Shown one piece after another: positions 10,741-20,876 of a stretch of 64,000 nt of DNA. The number at the start of each line of letters is the position of its first letter. The first letter of the stretch is position 1. The notes under the pieces were generated by a model. It was not told the DNA's origin. It did not search any database and saw only the letters and a list, made by a program, of their open reading frames with translations. Origin of the DNA: a virus; IMG/VR virus record IMGVR_UViG_3300042885_000570, positions 21,149-85,148 of that record, one strand, 5' to 3'. Made by a program: the position numbers and the translations under genes.

Positions 10741-13700
10741 TTAATCAAGTTCTTCTACTGTATATCCTGCTTTTCTTAATAATGCTATAGTATGTTCATC
10801 TAATTCATCTTCCCAAACTTCTTCTATTGTACCACCTTGTTTTAAATTTCCTTTTATAGCTTCACCTGTTGCTCCTATAATATTAGGAATAAACCCTTCT
10901 TTTAAATATTCAGATGGTGCCCCCATTGCATCTGTAGCACCTTTCATTATTGCCTCTGTTCTTGTAGGAAGATCTATATAGTCATTAGGATCACCATTTT
11001 CTAAACGTATTTGATCAGCAACATCTTGATCTTTTACATAACTCATAGGATCATAAGTAGATCCAGCAATTGCACCAGCACCAATACCAGTTGTTAAAGC
11101 AGCAGCACCAAATTTTTCTCCTACTTTTTGTAAACCTGCACCAGTTGTAGCCCATTGAAACTTATTGTTCATAAGCTTTTCTTTATCAATAGGCACGTAT
11201 CTATTTGAAAAAGGTAATCTTCTATTCAATGATACACCAGCATCTGTTAAAGGTACTTGTTTTACACCAGTACCCCAGTTATTTTGAATTGGATATGATG
11301 CATTACCTTTTCTAAAATTCCTACCTATAAAACCTTGTTGATTAGCAGAACCCAAACCTATTTTAGAACCATCTACTGAACCATCTATTTTAGCTGAGTA
11401 TATATCTGATGCATTTGTTTTACCAACTTTTGTTGTTAAATCAGCATCTGGACCTTTTTTAACTAATCCTTTGGCTTTATTGAATAATGATTTAGATTCT
11501 ACTAGTTTACCATTTTCAATTGAGTTACCTATTACATTACCTAATGGTTTAATTGCACCTTCTAATTTTTTACCATAACCTGGAACCCAGTTTAATGGAC
11601 TGATTCTATTCATTGCTTTATTTAAAAAAGGCATGTAAGATTTATCAGCAATATTTGCTATTACTTTATTCTTAGGACCAATAGCACCTTGAATAAGTTC
11701 AGGAGAGAAACCAGCATTTAAGTTACCTCCACCTGTACTTGGTGTACTAGGAGCTCTTTCAGGTATAAATTTAGCTAACTTACCTTCTGCTTTATTAAGT
11801 ACATTTGCACTTCCTTTTACAAGGCCGCTTGCAGTTTTAAGACCTTTTAATCCAAGTATTCCTAATCCCATTTCAGTTGCACCAGATGCAACATTTCCTT
11901 TATTCATTTCATTTCTTGCATGTGCTCCCCAGTTTCCAGGATTAAAAGTATTAAACACATCATTGACACCTAAACCTCTTGACTGCTTAGTTGCACTTAA
12001 AAATTTATCATAGTCAGGACTTTCAGTATTCATTAATCCTTCATGCATACCTGGTATATAAGCTTGATCACCTGATATAAAATTTGCTGCCATTAATAAG
12101 GGTTGAGATAAAGCTGCTTGTGATCTATCTACAATTTTTTCCATTGTAGATGCTTTATTATATTTGGCCCATTGTTTTTTTTCAAATTCTGCTTGAGCTT
12201 TTTTTCTTTGTATTTCAGCAAGTGCAGCCGCTTCTTTTTTTGCCTTTTGTTCAGCCTTGTATTGTGGTGACTTAATTATTGCGGCATTATTTATATCACT
12301 TACTGCTTGCTTAGGAGTTACTGTACGTGTATTATCACTTACTTGTGTTTTAGGCATACGCTTCATCAAGTCATTTTCTTTTTGCTTTGCTTGATTTTGT
12401 ATATTTTGTTGTCTATTTTGTTCTTGTAGTTTACGGAATTGCTCTAATTTTTTAGCATTAGCTACTGAAGGTGAAGTATCTGTTTTTTTAACTTTTGGTT
12501 TTGGACTTGATGGACCTTTTAAACCATAATTAACTCCTGAGTAAACTGTTTTACCACCTTGTGCTTTAGCAAGTTCATGTTGTACATAACCTCCTTCTTT
12601 ACGTATTTGTGATACTGGTTGTTTAGTACCTCTTTGTTTAGCTTGATACTCAAGAGTTTTTCTTGTGAACTCATCAGCATCTCTTTTTCTTATTTCTTTT
12701 TCAACATCTTGTTGATTATACCCTTCTGGCATTTCCATATTTTCACCATGATATAGAGTAGGATTCCAATTTCTATAATGAACAGGTTTAACATATGGTC
12801 TAGCAGGTATGATAGTTTGCTCAGGTGATACAAATCTTTCTATTGGTTTTAATGGTAATGTAGAAATAGGTTCAGTAGTAGTATTACTAGTAGTATTAAT
12901 AGATTTTGGCTTATCTTTTTTGGGTACAAACTTTACAGGTTGTACTGGTTTTTTATATTGTGGATATACAACTATTCCATTAATCACTCTACTACCAATA
13001 GGTCTAATATTTGGATTAATTTTGTCTCCACGTAGTGTCCAGCCATCAATACTAGGCCAGTATTTATCAATGTTGTATTTATCAAAATCAAGAGATACTC
13101 CAGAGTAACCAGGTGCACGAGAATCCCATTCACCAGGATAAAATTTTCCTTTATCTTTAAAAGGTGCTGTAAGATTGTACATTTTTAAACTATCGTCTTG
13201 CATTTTCTTTAGATACTTAAACTTTTTAGGGTCACTTATCTCTAATGGTTTTTTAGATTCTACATTTTTTGATTTAATAGGAGTATTGTTTGAAACAGGT
13301 TGTTTTAATACAACAGGTTGTACAGGTTTTTTAAATACAGGATAAACAGTCTCTCCTTTATAATTAGTTTGTTTATCTTTTTTTTGTCCTATAGGTTGGA
13401 TTTTAGAATAAGTCCACCCTTTAATCATGTCTTTATCCAGAGGTTGTATTTCTTGTGCAGGTAAATTCTTTAATCCTTTTTCACTATTATTATACAAACT
13501 CAAACTATCAGCATACATCTTATTTCTAAAGGCATACTCTTTAGGATCAGATATTTCTAATGGTTTTTTAATAAGACCTTTCTGTGCTTTAACTAATTCA
13601 TGTTGTACATAACCTCCTTCTTCATATTCAGATATTTCTTTTACTACATAACCTCCATCTCTATATGCTTGTATTTCTTCATCAGTAAGTTCTAAGTCTT

Positions 13701-14625
13701 CATATTCATCATTATTCTCTCCACCTTCTTGCAAGGTATATTTTAAAGTTAGATTTCCAGTTGGATTAAATAGACTTCCTGGTACCATAGTATTATTAAC
13801 TCCAGCACTAAAATTAATATGATCACCAAGATTTTTATTATAACCTACACCTGTTGTAAAACTTGGATTAAATTTACTACCTGGTTCTGTATAATTTTTT
13901 AATGTAGCATCAGCATCAAAGTTTTTAAATCTTTTATTATAACCTAATTCTGAATATAGATTACCCATAGCATTTTTATTAAAAAATGGCAACTCTACAT
14001 TAGTACTTCCATGTAATCCAGATTTATGTTGAAAGTCAGCACCTAGTCCAATTGCTTGTCCTGGTGCTCTATCTTCATTTTCTTGAATATATGTATATAA
14101 CCATGGATTACTATGTACTCCACCATCTTGTTCAGTAGGTAGATTGTAGCCATAGTTTAATTCATAGTGGCTTAATGGATTAGGATCAAGATTAATAGGT
14201 CCAAGTTTAGAACCTCCAGATTTAAACTCAGCATTAGGATCAAATATCTTACTCTTTTTATTTTGAAATAATTTATTTTTAGCAAATAATTTATTAGTAG
14301 CAGACATGCTTTTAGAGTACTTCTTACTTTTAAGAGTACCACCTCTTCTACCTATTGGTGTTTCATCTACATAAGATGCACCTTTGAAATTACGGTTTTG
14401 TTCTGGGTACATTATAGCACCTGGTCCTACATTAGGTTGAGCCCATATTGGATGATTAACACCTTTCATAGTAATCTCATTACCAGGTACTCTTACTGGT
14501 TTTCCTTGATTAGCAGGATTCCAATAACCCATTGGATCAACAGTTATATCTCTTGGCTTTGCTGGTGCTTTTGCTTTACCTAATTCTGATACAGCTTTAG
14601 ATAATACTTTCTTATTGTATGCCAT
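10741..14625 (-). CDS. Mosaic internal virion polyprotein-like protein (1294 aa)
   Basis: Modules separated by GG motifs, internal duplications (KKPLEISDPK x2, EGGYVQHELxKAQxG x2), hydrophobic segments near the C-terminus. Confidence 0.55.
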   Translation of the reverse strand: MAYNKKVLSKAVSELGKAKAPAKPRDITVDPMGYWNPANQGKPVRVPGNEITMKGVNHPIWAQPNVGPGAIMYPEQNRNFKGASYVDETPIGRRGGTLKSKKYSKSMSATNKLFAKNKLFQNKKSKIFDPNAEFKSGGSKLGPINLDPNPLSHYELNYGYNLPTEQDGGVHSNPWLYTYIQENEDRAPGQAIGLGADFQHKSGLHGSTNVELPFFNKNAMGNLYSELGYNKRFKNFDADATLKNYTEPGSKFNPSFTTGVGYNKNLGDHINFSAGVNNTMVPGSLFNPTGNLTLKYTLQEGGENNDEYEDLELTDEEIQAYRDGGYVVKEISEYEEGGYVQHELVKAQKGLIKKPLEISDPKEYAFRNKMYADSLSLYNNSEKGLKNLPAQEIQPLDKDMIKGWTYSKIQPIGQKKDKQTNYKGETVYPVFKKPVQPVVLKQPVSNNTPIKSKNVESKKPLEISDPKKFKYLKKMQDDSLKMYNLTAPFKDKGKFYPGEWDSRAPGYSGVSLDFDKYNIDKYWPSIDGWTLRGDKINPNIRPIGSRVINGIVVYPQYKKPVQPVKFVPKKDKPKSINTTSNTTTEPISTLPLKPIERFVSPEQTIIPARPYVKPVHYRNWNPTLYHGENMEMPEGYNQQDVEKEIRKRDADEFTRKTLEYQAKQRGTKQPVSQIRKEGGYVQHELAKAQGGKTVYSGVNYGLKGPSSPKPKVKKTDTSPSVANAKKLEQFRKLQEQNRQQNIQNQAKQKENDLMKRMPKTQVSDNTRTVTPKQAVSDINNAAIIKSPQYKAEQKAKKEAAALAEIQRKKAQAEFEKKQWAKYNKASTMEKIVDRSQAALSQPLLMAANFISGDQAYIPGMHEGLMNTESPDYDKFLSATKQSRGLGVNDVFNTFNPGNWGAHARNEMNKGNVASGATEMGLGILGLKGLKTASGLVKGSANVLNKAEGKLAKFIPERAPSTPSTGGGNLNAGFSPELIQGAIGPKNKVIANIADKSYMPFLNKAMNRISPLNWVPGYGKKLEGAIKPLGNVIGNSIENGKLVESKSLFNKAKGLVKKGPDADLTTKVGKTNASDIYSAKIDGSVDGSKIGLGSANQQGFIGRNFRKGNASYPIQNNWGTGVKQVPLTDAGVSLNRRLPFSNRYVPIDKEKLMNNKFQWATTGAGLQKVGEKFGAAALTTGIGAGAIAGSTYDPMSYVKDQDVADQIRLENGDPNDYIDLPTRTEAIMKGATDAMGAPSEYLKEGFIPNIIGATGEAIKGNLKQGGTIEEVWEDELDEHTIALLRKAGYTVEELD

Positions 14626-17600
14626 TATCTGAGTGATATTTGATTTTTACTATTACTTAATTTAACTATCATGTTGACATCCTTAGAATCAATTTTACTC
14701 AAAAATAAGAAATTTAAATAGTGTCTGAATTTTTTTCTTTCTAATTGTGGCTTATTATAGTTTAAGTTAACTGCATTTAAAGTTTTAATATAACCATTTG
14801 ACTGTGTATTCCATATTACTTCTTGAATATAGTTACCTGCAAGAATTGTTGTACCTGGAACTAGTGGTCCAGTTGGAGGATAATTAGAACCTATTGGGAA
14901 CTCTCCTCTATTTTTAGTTATATCCCAGAACTGGTTAAACCTATATTTGTTTTCCTCTTTAGCAAATAAGATATCAATAGATGTTGGATTTACTTTTGGA
15001 TACGTATCAGCTAATGTAATATTATTCTTAGGAAATAAGTTAAGATTTAAGTATCCAGAAACTTGCTCAGAATTATATATTACTGCTTTATCAAAGTTAA
15101 AATCTAATACATGAAATTGATCAACACAATTTAATGTACTATTTTTATAACATTCAAGCATGTATTCCATAGATTTTAAAGTAGTAACTGTTTGTCCAGT
15201 AATTAATGGAATCTCAATCTCAAATGGATATTGTACACCATAAAAGTTACAGTAACTATCACATACATAATTATGTTTCCATAGTTTACCTCCTTTAGTA
15301 GACATAAAGTATTGTCTACCAGGAAACACAAAGTCAGGAGACCAATCATGATGAGAGACCCAATAATCATTTTTAGGGTCAAAACTTGTAGTCCAAGATG
15401 CATTTTCAAATATAAGGGGATCACCTAAGTCTACTTTAGTAATACCATTAACTAAAAAGTAATTACTATATTCAATATATTCTACTGTAGTATTTGCTGG
15501 TAAATCTTTTCTTAATTGATAATCTTTTTTAGAGAAATAAATAACACCATTGTAGTTATCATACACGGCTTGTGTACCAATACCAGCAACAGGATTATCT
15601 GTATGTGGATAATTAGGAAAATCTTCAATAAGCTTATAGGGTAAGAATAAACTAAACCACCATTTCATACCTTGTTGAGATATTTCTTTAAGACCACCTT
15701 CAAATGCAAATACTCTTCCTTGATTTTGAGAGATATAATACATACCTGCTGGCGTAGCAATAACACCAAACTTGTTTTGAGATGAACCGTATTCATATTC
15801 AGCATCAGAAATTGTTACATTCTGAGGAGGATTAGCAAATAATCCACCATCACCTATTGTAATCTTAGTGCCTAAATCTGTTTCAAGAGTATCAACACCT
15901 TGATAAACTAAAGGACTAGCATTCTGGAATGTAATAAACATACCTGTTTTAGCATATGCTTTTATACTAGTAATTCTATTTTTAAAATCTTTATAGTTAT
16001 TTACAAGATATACAAACCATGAATCTTTTGATGATTCATTTTGTTGAGGTAATGAATATATAACTCTATCAGGATAGTAAGTATAACATAACTGAGATAC
16101 AGTAGGATTATAATATCTAGACTGTAAATTACCTTGTGAAAAGTATTGAGTAAATACTTTAGATATACTTAATGAATAGTCATATGCATAATAGTTACCT
16201 CTTGCAATAGTATCAGGGTTCATATTAAACATAGCATTCAAATCAGTATATGTATTATGATCATAATGTTGTTCATATACTGCAGTACCGGGTTGTCTAA
16301 AATCTACTAATACATCTGACTCAACAAAGAAATCTCTTACTGATGAATTAGCTAAATAAAAGTAAGCATCTTTAACACCAAACAATCCTGGATAATCACC
16401 TTCATTATCATCATTGTAATTATAATCTTTCCAATCAAGTTGGTAATATGATCTTGGTAACAAACCAGATCCAGGAGGTGGAGCAATTATATCAGCTAAA
16501 GAAGTAGGTGTTAAATCAGCTACATCATATAGTTGACTGTTGACCCAGAATCTAGGTTCAGCAATCATACTTCTTAAAATGTAGTTATACTCATATCCAT
16601 CTGGTTGGCCGTATAACCAATCATAGAAAAAGAACATGTTATTCTTTTCAGTGTATCTATTAACATAAGTATCACCTCCAAAGAATACTGGAGTCTGATT
16701 AATTACATTTAATGGTACTAGAACAGCTCTATTACCGGCAGGTGTATTTATATTACAATAAAATGAGCGCACTGTAACTGGTATATTTTCTCCATTATAA
16801 TTTAACTTTTGCTCTGATGGAGTAATTGGTATTTGTTTAATGGAATCAAGTTGACCATATTGGTTTCTTAATCTTACTTTCATACCACCATATTGACTTG
16901 CAATAGGTAAGTTAAACTGATTTGATTTTTTATCTGTAGTATTAACAGGAAGACCTGCTATTACTGCAGTACCTAGAGTAACCAAAGATTTATCTTCTAC
17001 ACCTGGAATTGTAATAAAATCAGGACCACCAACAGTACTATTTTTACTAGAAGTTCTAATTGTAACTGTTGTTTGTCTTTTAAGATTATTTATTACATAG
17101 TTTATACCACTGAATGGTTTAACATTTTGGATATTATTTTTTAAGTAAAAACTATCTTCAATATTAAATCTTTGTACCTGGGATAAATTAGGTGCATTAA
17201 AATTACTATAAAAACCTTCTGCAATAGATTGTAATGCATATTGTCTATATGGTATAAATGTATAGAATAATTTTATTGCAGTATTAGCACCTTCAGCAAA
17301 ATAAAATATAGATTGCTGTAAATAATTTAAAAGTCCAATTGGACCAGCATATTTATATTTTGGTATTTCTTTTGAATATGTTTTTCCATTAATACCAATT
17401 GCTCCTGCAATAGCTGCTGTACCCGCTGCTAATTGAAAAGGTGTATTAAATGCATTATATATTGAAAGAGCAGGAATTGTATCTTTAAGTGGATTAAGAG
17501 AATCAACTAAATAACCACCTAATGTAAAGTATTGATTTATAGCAACATCATATGCAGACTTTAATGGTTGAAAAATACCTCCTGCTGTACGTGCTGCAGC

Positions 17601-19847
17601 TGCACTAATATCTCCACCACCTGTTGCTGGACCATTTGTAGATTCTGTTATAGACCATTTACCACCATTTTGAATTGCAGTTTCAATTACACCTGCTAGT
17701 GTTGCAACAATAACTACAGCATCAGCTAGTAATTTAAAGTTAGGATGTTGATCTGGTTCTTGAAAGTATTGTACTGATGTACCAGATAATGAACCATATA
17801 GTTTTAACTCAGTAACAGATAAATATGGATTTCTAAAGTTAGTATCAGGAGAATGAAAAGTTACCATATTAGATGGTATATCTTGAAGAGTATCATCCGT
17901 TAATCTGATATAAGGATCATTGTTACCTGCTACGTGTCCACCTATTGAACTTGAGTAAGGTGTAATAGTATTGAATGGATAATTGGGATATAGTCCTTTT
18001 CTACCTGCATTATTATTACCCTTGATTTCATAACTACGTAAGTTATTTAACATACCTTTAGCTATGATAGATCTGTTACCTTCTCTTGAACCTCTTAGTA
18101 TTTCATAACCTACTATTCCTGGTATATCAAAACCATCATTATCTTTAGGTAAAATAATATTTACAAAGTTGACACCCATCAGTCTAATAGCTTGTCCGCC
18201 TTGTGCATAATGGTTTGTTAAATTAGAACCATTGGTTATATTATCAGGAAACTTGTGATGTCTTATTGGTTTACCACATAAGTCAAACTGAGGATCAGTT
18301 GTTCCTGTCCAACAATGAGATGATGCATTCCATACTTCATCTTTATTATCTGGATACTTTTCAGTAGATTCCCAGTAACCCATAGTACCTTGAGCCTTAA
18401 TTATACCACCGTCTGGTAAAGTTCCAGATGCAGCATTTGCTGTAGCTGTATTATATATTTCAAATACTCTATCATCTGTATTAATTGCATTTTGATCACT
18501 TAAAGGTGATGTTTCAGGTAATGTACCTCCACCTGGAACATTAAAGTCTACTGGAGCTCTACCTGGTATATGATATGATGCAGACTTATCACCGGTATTA
18601 TAAATCCATCTTATAAAGAATGTATATACTTCATCTCTTAAGTAACTAGTATTACTTCCCCCTTGTACATAATAATCTGCAGGATACTCAACAGAAACCC
18701 ATTGAGCTTGTATTTGATTAGCTAAAGGCTGATAGTTAAAATCAAACTTAGACCTTGGAGCTATTCTTAATAGATAATTATTAACCTCAGTAATTTGATC
18801 TGATGTTTCATACACAGCATTTCTCAAAGGTATTTGCTCAATAGGAACAGCTATTAAATCAGTTTTAATCTGATCAAGATGTATTACTGAAGTCTTAGTA
18901 GAATATATACCAATTCTTTTTGCTACTGCACCTTGGTTAATAATCTGTACCACTACTAATTCAAATTCATCAAAATTAGTTGAGTCAGCTGTAATAAGAA
19001 TATCTATAGCTCCTTGTGAGTTATCAACACTCCAGATAGGTTGTGTATTACTTGGTGAAAAATAATCTGTAACTTTTTGACCGCTTATAGTGTATGCAAT
19101 AGTAGCAAAGTAAGACCCATTTAATAATACCCCACCACCAACTCCTGGTTTAACCTGAATTGTCGGTGTTTGCATTAAACGTGCAAGTCTTATATCTTCA
19201 CAATTTAATGTAGTTAAGTCAGTACATATTATACAATCATTAATTGTTTGACAGTTCTGATTCCAGGAAACACCAGGCCACTGTATTGTAGCAGATGTAC
19301 CATTACTATATGTATTATTTCCAATCCATTGATATGTATCTCCTGGCCATAATGCATCATCACCAATATTTAAATATCTATCTGGATTATTTCCATCAGC
19401 AAAGTATACAGCCCAAGAGCAATCTTCTTTTTCTCTTGAAGCACCAGTTATTAAATATCTTTTGTCAAAGTTTAAACAAGCATCTTGTACAATAATTCTA
19501 TACTTACAAGTATCTTCTTCATATAATCCTATTTCATGTCCTGTAGGTAAACCTATACCATTAGATGGATAAGCTACTGTAAATATTATCCATTTATCAG
19601 AATATAAATGTATTGTACCTATAATATATTTTTTACCAGATAGTGTTGCACCTGCTTCACCACATAAGACATTAGATACTTCATTAGATAAAGTACCTAT
19701 GTTACCTTCAATAGTATTGTTCACAGCATTACGTGCATGTGTCCACATACCTTCAGCAATGAATGTAGGATCTGAATCTTTATTTAATCCTTTTACAAAG
19801 GTGTTTGTTTTATTTTGACTAGTATCTTGTATATTTTTCTTTGCCAT
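14625..19847 (-). CDS. Tail stabilisation / muzzle protein (1740 aa)
   Basis: N-terminal FVKGLNKD...WTHARNAVN...GTLSNE, YLRDEVYTFFIRW...YHIPGR, IRHHKFPD and FFGGDTY motifs typical of the crAss-like P22 gp10-like stabilisation protein; follows ring proteins. Confidence 0.8.
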   Translation of the reverse strand: MAKKNIQDTSQNKTNTFVKGLNKDSDPTFIAEGMWTHARNAVNNTIEGNIGTLSNEVSNVLCGEAGATLSGKKYIIGTIHLYSDKWIIFTVAYPSNGIGLPTGHEIGLYEEDTCKYRIIVQDACLNFDKRYLITGASREKEDCSWAVYFADGNNPDRYLNIGDDALWPGDTYQWIGNNTYSNGTSATIQWPGVSWNQNCQTINDCIICTDLTTLNCEDIRLARLMQTPTIQVKPGVGGGVLLNGSYFATIAYTISGQKVTDYFSPSNTQPIWSVDNSQGAIDILITADSTNFDEFELVVVQIINQGAVAKRIGIYSTKTSVIHLDQIKTDLIAVPIEQIPLRNAVYETSDQITEVNNYLLRIAPRSKFDFNYQPLANQIQAQWVSVEYPADYYVQGGSNTSYLRDEVYTFFIRWIYNTGDKSASYHIPGRAPVDFNVPGGGTLPETSPLSDQNAINTDDRVFEIYNTATANAASGTLPDGGIIKAQGTMGYWESTEKYPDNKDEVWNASSHCWTGTTDPQFDLCGKPIRHHKFPDNITNGSNLTNHYAQGGQAIRLMGVNFVNIILPKDNDGFDIPGIVGYEILRGSREGNRSIIAKGMLNNLRSYEIKGNNNAGRKGLYPNYPFNTITPYSSSIGGHVAGNNDPYIRLTDDTLQDIPSNMVTFHSPDTNFRNPYLSVTELKLYGSLSGTSVQYFQEPDQHPNFKLLADAVVIVATLAGVIETAIQNGGKWSITESTNGPATGGGDISAAAARTAGGIFQPLKSAYDVAINQYFTLGGYLVDSLNPLKDTIPALSIYNAFNTPFQLAAGTAAIAGAIGINGKTYSKEIPKYKYAGPIGLLNYLQQSIFYFAEGANTAIKLFYTFIPYRQYALQSIAEGFYSNFNAPNLSQVQRFNIEDSFYLKNNIQNVKPFSGINYVINNLKRQTTVTIRTSSKNSTVGGPDFITIPGVEDKSLVTLGTAVIAGLPVNTTDKKSNQFNLPIASQYGGMKVRLRNQYGQLDSIKQIPITPSEQKLNYNGENIPVTVRSFYCNINTPAGNRAVLVPLNVINQTPVFFGGDTYVNRYTEKNNMFFFYDWLYGQPDGYEYNYILRSMIAEPRFWVNSQLYDVADLTPTSLADIIAPPPGSGLLPRSYYQLDWKDYNYNDDNEGDYPGLFGVKDAYFYLANSSVRDFFVESDVLVDFRQPGTAVYEQHYDHNTYTDLNAMFNMNPDTIARGNYYAYDYSLSISKVFTQYFSQGNLQSRYYNPTVSQLCYTYYPDRVIYSLPQQNESSKDSWFVYLVNNYKDFKNRITSIKAYAKTGMFITFQNASPLVYQGVDTLETDLGTKITIGDGGLFANPPQNVTISDAEYEYGSSQNKFGVIATPAGMYYISQNQGRVFAFEGGLKEISQQGMKWWFSLFLPYKLIEDFPNYPHTDNPVAGIGTQAVYDNYNGVIYFSKKDYQLRKDLPANTTVEYIEYSNYFLVNGITKVDLGDPLIFENASWTTSFDPKNDYWVSHHDWSPDFVFPGRQYFMSTKGGKLWKHNYVCDSYCNFYGVQYPFEIEIPLITGQTVTTLKSMEYMLECYKNSTLNCVDQFHVLDFNFDKAVIYNSEQVSGYLNLNLFPKNNITLADTYPKVNPTSIDILFAKEENKYRFNQFWDITKNRGEFPIGSNYPPTGPLVPGTTILAGNYIQEVIWNTQSNGYIKTLNAVNLNYNKPQLERKKFRHYLNFLFLSKIDSKDVNMIVKLSNSKNQISLR

Positions 19848-19859
19848 AATGTAAAAGTA

Positions 19860-20876
19860 TTATAATATTCTTGTGCTATTGTAGTTATAACTTTTAAACA
19901 TGTCATAATACTTAGCATACTGTGCTCTTCTGTTAGCCATCCATAAGCCTTTCATTTCTGCAAAGTTTGGAGTATTCACAATTGATAAAGCATAATTTCT
20001 AGCAGCTTTAAGTCTTTGCTCAATAAGTGATAACTTTTGAGATACATCCTCACCATTAAGATACAAGTTTTCAAATATTCTTTGCTTCATAGCATACTCA
20101 TAGTATTCATTGATCTCATCATGATCCGGAACTAATAAGTTACCATCAGCATCTTCTAGTGCTCCTTGGTAATTAAGATATACTTTACCACATTCAAATG
20201 TAGTATGTAAGAATCCGTCTTTAAGCCACGCAGTATTTGGTGCATTTAAATAAAGATTTGGACAATCACATTCTATATTCTGAGATGCTTTAAATCTTAA
20301 TGGTAGTATTGCTGTATAAACTCTTGTTACTCCTGTAGGTAACACTTGTATCAATTCAAATTGCTCACCTTTACAGTTAGAGAATACTCTAGGTTTAATA
20401 CATGTATCACCAAATGGGTTATTAGGATCAAATCCAGGAACTACTACTGGAGAACAATCTGTAACATGACCTTGACAAGCTGCAGTATGATTACATGGAT
20501 TAGCATTACATGTTCTACAGTTAACAGTTGGAGGAGCACATTGATCTATAGTACTTGGTACCTCATTATACGGTACTTCCATTATAGTAGTACCACCATG
20601 TTGGTAACCCACATGTTCTTCAAATGTACCACATATAGATCCAAAGTTCATAGTAAAGAAATCATCAGGTAGTTTAACCTTATGATGCTCTACTTCTAAT
20701 ATAACTTCTTTAGTCATATTGATTCTTAACCCTAAGTCATATGTGACTCTCCTAGCAACTTTAATAAGTTGTTGAGGCTCTATCATATTTTCAAGAGCAA
20801 ATGTGTTTAAATCAATTGTAACATCTTCCAGTAGCTGGTCAAATGTTCTTAGCTTTAGAGTATAATTAAAGTCCAT
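19860..20876 (-). CDS. Tail ring / tubular protein with Cys-rich insertion (338 aa)
   Basis: VKLPDDF...GKVYLNYQG..D.DGNLLVPD pattern of crAss-like ring proteins; adjacent to the muzzle gene. Confidence 0.7.
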   Translation of the reverse strand: MDFNYTLKLRTFDQLLEDVTIDLNTFALENMIEPQQLIKVARRVTYDLGLRINMTKEVILEVEHHKVKLPDDFFTMNFGSICGTFEEHVGYQHGGTTIMEVPYNEVPSTIDQCAPPTVNCRTCNANPCNHTAACQGHVTDCSPVVVPGFDPNNPFGDTCIKPRVFSNCKGEQFELIQVLPTGVTRVYTAILPLRFKASQNIECDCPNLYLNAPNTAWLKDGFLHTTFECGKVYLNYQGALEDADGNLLVPDHDEINEYYEYAMKQRIFENLYLNGEDVSQKLSLIEQRLKAARNYALSIVNTPNFAEMKGLWMANRRAQYAKYYDMFKSYNYNSTRIL

